A stretch of DNA of 64,000 nt. Source: Sphingobacteriales bacterium JAD_PAG50586_3. Lineage in GTDB: Bacteria; Bacteroidota; Bacteroidia; CAMBQF01. This document shows, piece by piece, positions 53,502-61,332 of this stretch. The notes under the pieces were generated by a model. That model searched no databases. It was not told the origin of the DNA and saw only the letters and a program-made list of their open reading frames with translations. How positions within the stretch are numbered: position 1 is the stretch's first letter; each line of letters begins with the position of its first letter. The position numbers and the translations under genes are program-made. The stretch spans positions 2,040,842 through 2,104,841 of the forward strand of contig CP096135.1 of assembly GCA_023213195.1 (NCBI GenBank), given 5' to 3'.

Positions 53502-54769
53502 GTTTAGCTGAACGCGACAGCAAAGTTATATGGCACCCCTTTACCCCACAAAAGGGTTCGCCGCTGCCTGTTGGCATTGTTAGGGCCGAGGGATCTTATT
53601 TATACGATGAAGACGGCAAGCGCTATATAGATGGCATATCTAGCTGGTGGGTAAATTTACATGGGCATTCGCACCCTTATATTGCCGATAAAGTATCGGA
53701 GCAACTACGCACCTTAGAGCATATTATTTTTGCCGGTTTTACCCACGAACCCGCTGTGCAACTGGCCGAGCGTTTACTGGAACTTTTGCCCGGCGAACAA
53801 ACCCGTGTTTTCTATTCAGATAACGGTTCTACAGCCGTAGAAGTAGCCCTTAAAATGGCGCTGCAATACTGGTACAACAAGGGCGAAAAGCGCACCAAGA
53901 TTATTGTGCTGGAAGACAGTTACCACGGCGATACGTTTGGTTCTATGTCGCTTAGCGCACGCAGTGCGTTTACCCAGGCCTTTAACGATTGGCTTTTTGA
54001 AGTAGAGGTTGTTCCCGTACCAGTAGAGGGTAGGGAAGTAGAAGCCGTGGAAGCCATACAGGCCATTGTAAACACAGGCGAAGTTGCCGCATTTATTTTT
54101 GAGCCTATGGTGCAGGGCGTAGCCGGTATGCAGGTTATGGAACGTAGGGCTTTATCAGAAATGATGCGTGTGTGTAAAGATGCAGGCGTGGTGTGTATAG
54201 GCGATGAGGTGTTCACGGGCTTTGGCCGCACAGGTAAAGTGTTTGCATCGGAGTTCCTATCAACCAAGCCCGATATTTATTGCCTTTCTAAAGGCTTAAC
54301 AGGCGGCACCATGGCCCTTGGGGTTACTACCTGCAACCAGACGATATACGATGTCTTTGTTAGCGAGGATAGGTTAAAAACCTTCTTCCACGGGCATTCT
54401 TTTACGGCTAACCCGCTGGCCTGCGCTGCTGCTTTAGCCAGTATGGATTTGTTGATGCGCCAGTAAACCTTTGCTGCCATTCAACATATAAGCAACCGCC
54501 ATTTCGATTTTTATACCCGTATATACAATCACCCTAAAGTAAAAGCCATACGCCATAAGGGCACTATACTGGCTATTGAAATTAAGAATGAGGAAGAAAC
54601 ATCGTACTTCAATAACATAGGCCAAACAGCGCACGAGTATTTTATGGATAGGGGCGTGTTTCTTCGCCCACTAGGTAATGTGCTTTACACCTTGCCGCCC
54701 TACTGCATAAGCGATGCCGATTTAGACGAGATATACGCGGCGTTGGAAGGTTTTTTGAATAATCTATAA
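53498..54769 (+). CDS. bioA: Adenosylmethionine-8-amino-7-oxononanoate aminotransferase BioA, interrupted by an in-frame TAA at 54464-54466
   Basis: Class III PLP aminotransferase motifs and the typical C-terminus RGVFLRPLGNVLYTLPPYCISDADLDE, in frame after the TAA. The TAA context ccagTaaacc would be CCAGG if the codon were GAA. Confidence 0.85.
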
Positions 54770-54803
54770 AATATTTTTTGTACCTTTAGGTTAAAGAATA
54801 AAT

Positions 54804-55037
54804 ATGATAACTGCGACAGATAGAAAAAAGATTGCTAAGTTGGTTTTAACCACCAATGATGATACGATTATTGAAAAGATTAAAACTTTGGTATCTGCAA
54901 ATCTTATAAAAGAAAAACAAAGCTTTGTTAAAACATATAATAATGAAATTGATAAAGCTGTAAAAGAAGCTAAGCAAGGCAAATTTTACACTCAGGAGCA
55001 AGCCGAATTATTTTTAGCCGCATGGGAAAAAGAATAA
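54804..55037 (+). CDS. Putative type II antitoxin (partner of the RelE/ParE toxin)
   Basis: 77 aa, overlapping the toxin gene by 16 nt. AT-rich islet. Confidence 0.5.
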   Translation: MITATDRKKIAKLVLTTNDDTIIEKIKTLVSANLIKEKQSFVKTYNNEIDKAVKEAKQGKFYTQEQAELFLAAWEKE

Positions 55038-55333
55038 CTAAGGGCAAGGTTATTTGGAATCAAAAGGCACTTCATAATTTTATTGATATTCTTAATTACA
55101 TTAAATCTGAATCGCCTACTAATGCCAAGCGCGTAAAAACCCGCATTATAAACATCATCAATAGTATTCCTCTTAATCCTGAAATGTTTAGGGCAGATGA
55201 CTGGAAATTTAATAACGACGGTTCTTTCAGGGTTTTTAATTATGATAGTATTAGGGTTTCATATAAAATTGAGCCTAATACAATTCTTATTGCAAGGGTA
55301 TCTCATACAAGTGAAGAACCCAAGCAATACTAA
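55022..55333 (+). CDS. Type II toxin-antitoxin system RelE/ParE family toxin
   Basis: 103 aa. RelE/ParE-like pattern (..W...A..D...I..YI........A.R....I......L...P.....). Confidence 0.6.
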   Translation: MGKRITKGKVIWNQKALHNFIDILNYIKSESPTNAKRVKTRIINIINSIPLNPEMFRADDWKFNNDGSFRVFNYDSIRVSYKIEPNTILIARVSHTSEEPKQY

Positions 55334-55385
55334 AAGCACCTATCTCTGTTGCTAATTACTACCTTTGAATAATCAAATTACAACT

Positions 55386-56144
55386 ATGGATTTTATATTA
55401 ATAGAACGCAACGGGGCAAAAGCAACCGTACGTTTAAACCGTGGCAAGGCCAATACGCTTAACCATCAAATGGTGCAGGAGCTTACAGCCGCTTTTAAAG
55501 AACTGGAAAGTGATGAAGCTGTTAAAGCAGTAATATTAACCGGGCATGGAGAGTTTTTCTCTGCCGGGTTAGATGTGCTGGAACTGTACGACTATAACGA
55601 GGAAAAAATGTACCAGTTTTGGAAAGATTTTTCAATTGCGTTTGAGACTGTGGCCCGTTTTCCTAAGCTGTTGGTTTGCGCGATTAATGGGCACTCGCCG
55701 GCAGGTGGCTGTGTATTTGCCGTAGGTGCAGACTTCCGCGTTATGGCCGAAGGTAAATACCGCATAGGGTTGAATGAGATACCTGTTGGTATTGTAATTC
55801 CACCGGCTATTTTCCGCATGTATAATTTTTGGATTGGCGAACGTACTGCATATCAATACCTGTTGCAAGGTAAACTATACACAGCCGAAGAAGGCAGCAA
55901 AATTGGTTTGATTGATGTTGTTTGTCCGCTGGAAGAGGTAGAAGCCAAAGCCAACGAGATTATAGACAACCTATTGAAATTTGATACTACCGTATGGCAA
56001 ATGAGTAAGGCTATTATGCGCGAAGATATGCTTACGGTATTTGACAAAGATTTTGATTTAACATTTACACCCATAATAAAACAGTGGTGGAGCCCCGGCG
56101 CACGCGCAGCCATGGGTGCATTAGTAGCCAGTTTGAAAAAATAA
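55386..56144 (+). CDS. Enoyl-CoA hydratase/isomerase (crotonase) family protein
   Basis: Oxyanion hole region GEFFSAGLDV and ...INGHSPAGGCVFA.... Confidence 0.8.
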   Translation: MDFILIERNGAKATVRLNRGKANTLNHQMVQELTAAFKELESDEAVKAVILTGHGEFFSAGLDVLELYDYNEEKMYQFWKDFSIAFETVARFPKLLVCAINGHSPAGGCVFAVGADFRVMAEGKYRIGLNEIPVGIVIPPAIFRMYNFWIGERTAYQYLLQGKLYTAEEGSKIGLIDVVCPLEEVEAKANEIIDNLLKFDTTVWQMSKAIMREDMLTVFDKDFDLTFTPIIKQWWSPGARAAMGALVASLKK

Positions 56145-56146
56145 GC

Positions 56147-56911
56147 ATGGTTATTACAGATACCCACACCCACCTGTATGCCACAGAGTTTACCGAGTAT
56201 ATTGATGAGGTAATAAGCAGAGCACAAGAAGCGGGAGTAAATAGGTTTTTTCTGCCTAATGTTGATTTAGCTACTGCTGATGCGTTGGTGGCTTTAGCCA
56301 AGCGCTACCCCGGTGTTTGCTACCCTATGATGGGCCTGCATCCCTGCCATGTAAAAGAAAATTTTGAGGAAGAACTGGCAGCCTTGTTTGCCTATTTTGA
56401 CCGCGAAACATTTTGTGCCGTGGGCGAGATTGGCATTGACCTGTATTGGGATAAAACAACGTTGGATATTCAGACTACAGCATTTAAAAGGCAGGTAGAG
56501 TTTGCCATAGAACGTAAGCTGCCTATCTGTATACACAGCCGCGAATCGTTTGATGTGATAGCCGATATATTGGAAGAGTACAAAGGCAAAGTAACAGGCG
56601 TGTTTCATTGCTTTACAGGTAATCTGGCGCAGGCAGAACGTGCCATAGGCTTTGGCTTTATGCTTGGCATTGGCGGTGTGCTTACCTTTAAAAATTCAGG
56701 GCTTGATACGGTGGTTAAAGACATTGACTTAAAGCATTTAGTGTTAGAAACAGATTCGCCCTACCTAGCACCGGTGCCACACCGTGGTAAGCGTAACGAG
56801 AGTGCCTATACTGCTTTGGTAGCGCAAAAACTGGCTGATATTAAGCAAATGCCTTTAGCAGAACTGGCTAGGATTACTACCGAAAATTCAATAAAATTAT
56901 TCAATATTTAA
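56147..56911 (+). CDS. tatD: TatD family hydrolase/DNase
   Basis: N-terminal DTHTHL, IGEIGLD, HSR, and C-terminal ETDSPYLAP motifs. Confidence 0.85.
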   Translation: MVITDTHTHLYATEFTEYIDEVISRAQEAGVNRFFLPNVDLATADALVALAKRYPGVCYPMMGLHPCHVKENFEEELAALFAYFDRETFCAVGEIGIDLYWDKTTLDIQTTAFKRQVEFAIERKLPICIHSRESFDVIADILEEYKGKVTGVFHCFTGNLAQAERAIGFGFMLGIGGVLTFKNSGLDTVVKDIDLKHLVLETDSPYLAPVPHRGKRNESAYTALVAQKLADIKQMPLAELARITTENSIKLFNI

Positions 56912-56917
56912 GTATAT

Positions 56918-57150
56918 CGCCTACCGGCGGGGTTTTCATTTCTTTTGGCAGCAAAAGAAACGAAACAAAGAAAACTGCCGGCGGTATTTCTCAACGACCA
57001 GCTACGGGTTGTGTGCTAAACCGCGCAAACTCGTCACGCCTTGCGTGACTCAAACAGCGCGCGCTTTACCCGCCTACGGCGAGGCCGCTTACTTCCCTTG
57101 CTGGTTCCCGTTTCGAAATAAAAGCCGGATAGTAGTGCGCAAAGCGCACT
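56918..57150 (+). ncRNA. Conserved ~230-bp structured leader element (copy A) upstream of ansA; homologue of 18562-18813
   Basis: See copy B. Contains the hairpins ttcttttggcagcaaaagaa, gtcacgccttgcgtgac and gtgcgcaaagcgcac. It ends 46 nt before the ansA ATG. Confidence 0.45.
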
Positions 57151-57195
57151 TAGGGTTTTAAAAGAAGATACTACCTTAGCACCTAAGTTTACATT

Positions 57196-58221
57196 ATGGC
57201 AAAAAAATCGGTTTTAATAATATATACGGGCGGTACTATAGGTATGGTGGCCGATAGGCGCACAGGTAGCCTTAAAGCGTTTGATATTGGGCATATTTTA
57301 AAGAATGTGCCCGAGTTGGGTAAGATGAACCTGCGCTTAGAGTCGGTGTCGTTTGCGCAGCCTGTAGACTCGTCAGATATTCAACCTAAACACTGGATAG
57401 AGATAGCCGAATTGGTTTATAAAAACTACAATGCCTTTGATGGCTTTGTGGTGTTGCATGGTACTGATACTATGGCCTATACCGCATCGGGTGTTAGCTT
57501 TTTGCTGGAGAACCTAGGCAAGCCCGTAATATTTACCGGGGCGCAATTGCCTATTGGGGTGCTGCGTACCGATGCTAGGGAAAACCTGATAACATCGGTA
57601 GAGTTGGCAGCCCATAGCACTAATGGTAAACCCACAGTGCCCGAGGTGTGTGTGTACTTTAAAAACCAACTATACAGGGGCAACCGCTCGCATAAAATAA
57701 ACTCGGAACTATTACAGGCATTTAACTCTGTTAACTATCCTGTATTGGCCGAGGCCGGTGTAAACCTAAACTTTTATGATGATGCTATTGCCAGCCAGCC
57801 CATACTTCCCATTAAACTATACAAAAAGCTGGATAGCAACATTGCTATACTAAAGATATTCCCCGGCCTTAGTGCCGATGTAGTAAAGGCCGTAACAGCT
57901 ATAAAAGGCTTAAAGGCGCTGATACTGGAAACATACGGAAGTGGCAATGCCCCTACCGAAAAATGGTTTGTTAGCGCCATTAAGCAGGCTGTAAACAGCG
58001 GGTTGATAGTGTTGAATGTAACACAGTGCTATGGTGGTGCGGTAGAGCAGGGCAAGTACGAAACAAGCAGGCAACTGGATGAGGTAGGCGTTGTTGGCGG
58101 TGCCGATTTAACAACCGAAGCTGCGGTAGCTAAGCTGATGTTTTTGCTGGGTAATTATAAAAGCAAAGAAGAGATACTGGAATTGCTGGGAGAGCCTATG
58201 CGTGGCGAATTAACCCTTTAA
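57196..58221 (+). CDS. ansA: Type I (cytoplasmic) L-asparaginase
   Basis: N-terminal TGGTIGM threonine motif, HGTDTMAYTAS, 341 aa. Confidence 0.85.
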   Translation: MAKKSVLIIYTGGTIGMVADRRTGSLKAFDIGHILKNVPELGKMNLRLESVSFAQPVDSSDIQPKHWIEIAELVYKNYNAFDGFVVLHGTDTMAYTASGVSFLLENLGKPVIFTGAQLPIGVLRTDARENLITSVELAAHSTNGKPTVPEVCVYFKNQLYRGNRSHKINSELLQAFNSVNYPVLAEAGVNLNFYDDAIASQPILPIKLYKKLDSNIAILKIFPGLSADVVKAVTAIKGLKALILETYGSGNAPTEKWFVSAIKQAVNSGLIVLNVTQCYGGAVEQGKYETSRQLDEVGVVGGADLTTEAAVAKLMFLLGNYKSKEEILELLGEPMRGELTL

Positions 58222-58243
58222 AAAAAGTGTAATGGGTATAAAG

Positions 58244-58285
58244 TAAAAGGCAGTCTCGTTTTAAACGAGACTGCCTTTTGTATTT
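58244..58285. terminator. Bidirectional terminator between ansA and the csp cluster
   Basis: aaaaggcagtctcgttttaaacgagactgccttttgtatttt. Confidence 0.75.
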
Positions 58286-58305
58286 TATAAGAAGCCTTAT
58301 AAAAA

Positions 58306-58497
58306 TTACGCTAAACGTACGTTTACCGCGTTAAGGCCTTTTTTGCCTTCTTGAGTGTCAAAGGTAACTTTGTCATTCTCGCGAACTGGTTGAGATAAAC
58401 CAGAAACGTGAACGAAAATTTCTTTGTTAGAGTTGTCGTCTACAATAAAGCCAAAACCTTTAGATTCATTGAAAAATTTAACTGTACCGGTGTTCAT
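58306..58497 (-). CDS. cspA: Cold-shock protein (CspA family), copy 1
   Basis: KFFNESKGFGFI and VHVS RNP motifs. 63 aa. Confidence 0.9.
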   Translation of the reverse strand: MNTGTVKFFNESKGFGFIVDDNSNKEIFVHVSGLSQPVRENDKVTFDTQEGKKGLNAVNVRLA

Positions 58498-58595
58498 GGG
58501 TAATAATTGTTAATTGTTTATTATTTATTGATTATTTAGATGTAAGGCGCAAAAACACCTGCAAAAATTATTGCAGGTATTGTTGCGGTGGTAAT

Positions 58596-58786
58596 TTACG
58601 CTAATTTAACGTTGATAGCGTTTAAACCTTTTTGCCTTGCTGCACATCGTAAGTAACGTTATCGTTTTCACGAATTTCTTGAGCTAAGCCTGAAACGTGA
58701 ACGAAGATTTCTTGTCCTGAGCCGTTTTCTGTAATAAAACCAAAACCTTTTGATTCATTAAAAAATTTTACTGTACCTGAGTTCAT
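58596..58786 (-). CDS. Cold-shock protein, copy 2 (A5 versus A6 run gives an apparent frameshift 8 codons before the end)
   Basis: MNSGTVKFFNESKGFGFITENGSGQEIFVHVSGLAQEIRENDNVTYDVQQGKK then a frame change at ggcaaaaaggttt. Not in the ORF track because it is split. Confidence 0.8.
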
Positions 58787-58870
58787 TGTAATTTATTGTT
58801 TATTGTATATTAAATTTTAAGTGTTGGGTGCAATAGGCCGCAAGTACTGCGGGGTATTGCAGGGGGTAAA

Positions 58871-59061
58871 CTAGGCTAACTTTACGTTAACGGCGTTTAA
58901 ACCTTTTTGCCTTGCTGAACGTCGAAAGTAACGTTATCGTTTTCACGAATTTCCTGAGCTAGACCTGATACGTGAACGAAGATTTCTTCGCCTGACGCGC
59001 TGTCTGTAATAAAACCAAATCCTTTTGATTCATTAAAAAATTTTACTGTGCCTGTTTTCAT
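58871..59061 (-). CDS. Cold-shock protein, copy 3 (same A5-run frameshift)
   Basis: MKTGTVKFFNESKGFGFITDSASGEEIFVHVSGLAQEIRENDNVTFDVQQGKK... Confidence 0.8.
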
Positions 59062-59103
59062 TATTTGTTATTGTTAATTATTAATGCAATGTAGTGTTTA
59101 ATT

Positions 59104-60231
59104 TTAAACAAATGGGTGGCTTTTAACAACCTCTATGTTTTTATTTATCAGTTTACTTATATCCTTAAAGTAAGACAGTTCTTCTTTGTCGCAAAAAGAA
59201 AGGGCTATGCCTTCTTCGCCGGCACGGCCCGTACGGCCAATACGGTGAACATAGGTTTCTGCCTGCTCTGGTATTTCAAAGTTTATAACGTGGCTTAATT
59301 TGTCCACATCAATTCCGCGCGATGCTATATCTGTTGCTACTAAAATACGGATAGTACGGTTTTTAAATCCGTTAAGGGCACGCTCGCGTGCTCCCTGAGA
59401 TTTATTGCCATGTATAGCTTCGGCTTTAATACCCACTTTTACAAGGTCTTTTACCACCTTATCGGCACCACGCTTAGTGCGTGTAAACACTAACGCATGT
59501 TCAATATTATTATTTTCGATAATGTGTTTTAGCAAGTGGCGCTTATCAGACTTGTGTACATAGTATACCGACTGTTTAACCAACTCTGCTGCCGAAGAAA
59601 CAGGGGTTATGTTAACCTTAACCGGGTTATGTAGCAGGGTGTTAGCCAGCTTCATAATATCGGGCGCCATAGTAGCCGAGAAAAACAAGGTTTGCTTTTC
59701 TACGGGCAGCTTGGTAATTATCTTTTTAATGTCGTTAATAAAGCCCATATCTAACATACGGTCGGCCTCGTCTAACACAAAGTATTGTATGTCGTTAAGT
59801 TTAATGTACCCTTGGTTCATTAAATCTAACAAGCGGCCCGGTGTGGCCACTAATACATCAACACCCTGCCTAAGTGTATTAACCTGGGCATGTTGCGATA
59901 CGCCACCAAAAATAACGGCGTGCTTAATATTAGTGCCTTTGCCGTAAGCGGTAAAGTTTTCGCTTATTTGCAAAGCAAGTTCGCGGGTTGGGGCTAATAT
60001 CAACGCCTTTACTACACCTTTGGGCTTATTGCCGTTGGCGTGTATAAGTTGTAGAATGGGTAGGGCAAACGCGGCGGTTTTGCCGGTGCCTGTTTGGGCG
60101 CAACCAAAAATATCTTTACCTGCTAAAATGTGGGGAATAGATTGTTGCTGGATTGGGGTGGGGGTTGTATAACCCTTTTTCGTCAAGGCCTCAGTAAGAG
60201 TACCTATCAGTTGTAAATCAGAAAATGTCAT
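59104..60231 (-). CDS. DEAD-box ATP-dependent RNA helicase (RhlE/CsdA-like)
   Basis: Q-motif, AQTGTGKT, PTRELA, DEAD, SAT, HRIGRTGR. Confidence 0.9.
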   Translation of the reverse strand: MTFSDLQLIGTLTEALTKKGYTTPTPIQQQSIPHILAGKDIFGCAQTGTGKTAAFALPILQLIHANGNKPKGVVKALILAPTRELALQISENFTAYGKGTNIKHAVIFGGVSQHAQVNTLRQGVDVLVATPGRLLDLMNQGYIKLNDIQYFVLDEADRMLDMGFINDIKKIITKLPVEKQTLFFSATMAPDIMKLANTLLHNPVKVNITPVSSAAELVKQSVYYVHKSDKRHLLKHIIENNNIEHALVFTRTKRGADKVVKDLVKVGIKAEAIHGNKSQGARERALNGFKNRTIRILVATDIASRGIDVDKLSHVINFEIPEQAETYVHRIGRTGRAGEEGIALSFCDKEELSYFKDISKLINKNIEVVKSHPFV

Positions 60232-60453
60232 TTATACTATTCAGTTTTAAAAAGTGAGCTTGAGTAACTGCGTGCTACCCGGCTCGGGCTACTTTTTAAG
60301 AAAATGTAAATAAAACTGAATGTAAAATTGGAATTACAAAAAAGCGTTATAAAACAATATTCAAAAAGAAGACCACAAAGATAAAATTAATAATTGGAAT
60401 AACCTAATTATAATAATTGTAGTGTAATATGTGCATATTTGCAGCCGCAAACA

Positions 60454-60541
60454 GGAGAGGTGTCCGAGTGGTTGAAGGAGCAAGCCTGGAAAGTTTGTAT
60501 ACTCGCAAGGGTATCGCGGGTTCGAATCCCGCCCTCTCCGC
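60454..60541 (+). tRNA. tRNA-Ser (anticodon GGA), type II with long variable arm
   Basis: Acceptor ggagagg/cctctcc. D-loop gagtggttgaa. Anticodon loop cuGGAaa. Variable arm tatactcgcaagggtatc. T-arm gcgggttcgaatcccgc. Discriminator G. Confidence 0.85.
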
Positions 60542-60551
60542 AATGAATAAT

Positions 60552-60580
60552 GAAAAGCCCGTAAGGGGCTTTTTTTATTT
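60552..60580 (+). terminator. Rho-independent terminator after tRNA-Ser
   Basis: aaaagcccgtaaggggcttttttt. Confidence 0.75.
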
Positions 60581-60728
60581 GTGGGCAACGTAAGCTTGCT
60601 TACAAGTTGACCAAGAAATAAAATAAGACAAGTCGCGCAGCGACTGCTTTTCATTTGAATTGCAACCCCACCTACGGGATCACTGAAGGTAATCCCCGAA
60701 TTACTACAGGTAATCCCAACATGGTTAA

Positions 60729-61289
60729 CTAGTTTTTCAAATACCTAAGCGCCACATGGCCCGATTTAAAAACTGTAGAGTCGACAAGGTTTAGTTCTGG
60801 ATAATCAGTCAGGCTAATATTATCAAACAACCTTCTGCCTTCGCCTACAATTATGGGGTGGATAACAATATGAAACTCATCAATTAAGCCCAGCTGTAAA
60901 AGCTGCGAAGGAACATCTACACCACCGGTTAAAATATTCTTACCCTCTTGTTGCTTTAGTTTGAGTACTTCGTCTTTTAGGTTATTGTTAATAATGTGGG
61001 TGTTTTTGCTTTCTACAGCTTGCAGCGATTGTGATACTAAAGTAATCCTATTAACAGCATTAAAAGCTTGTGCAAAATCGTTCATTGCTTTATTACTACT
61101 CGAATTATTTTTTGCAATATCAGGCCAAAATGGAACCATCAATTCATAGGTTTTGCGGCCGTATAAAAGTTCACCGGCATCCAGCGTTAATTGGGTAAAA
61201 TATTCATGTACCTCTTCGTTGGGAATGCCTTTGGTATGGTCGCAACAGCCATCTAAGGTTAGGTTTATGCCAAAAAGTAGCTTTCTCAT
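60729..61289 (-). CDS. Dihydrofolate reductase family protein (RibD C-terminal domain-like)
   Basis: MRKLLFGINLTLDGCCDHT...LYGRKTYE...TGGVDV pattern of the RibD_C/DHFR-like family. Confidence 0.7.
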   Translation of the reverse strand: MRKLLFGINLTLDGCCDHTKGIPNEEVHEYFTQLTLDAGELLYGRKTYELMVPFWPDIAKNNSSSNKAMNDFAQAFNAVNRITLVSQSLQAVESKNTHIINNNLKDEVLKLKQQEGKNILTGGVDVPSQLLQLGLIDEFHIVIHPIIVGEGRRLFDNISLTDYPELNLVDSTVFKSGHVALRYLKN

Positions 61290-61332
61290 TGGATTAGTCT
61301 TCAGCTATATATTAATTAGGAGTAATAAAAAA

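Noticed and set aside
20798-54466. In-frame TAG and TGA codons as evidence of stop-codon reassignment, suppressor tRNA or selenocysteine
   Set aside because: TAG and TGA are used as bona fide terminators of many intact genes in the window (pyrB, kptA, 14972, 15356, 16464). All in-frame stops sit on CCWGG-derived pentamers, and no SECIS-like context is visible. An error or mutation at methylated sites explains them better.
60454-61300. Genomic island or prophage integrated at tRNA-Ser
   Set aside because: There is no integrase, no phage genes and no direct repeat of the tRNA 3' end within the window. Only a DHFR-like housekeeping-type gene follows.
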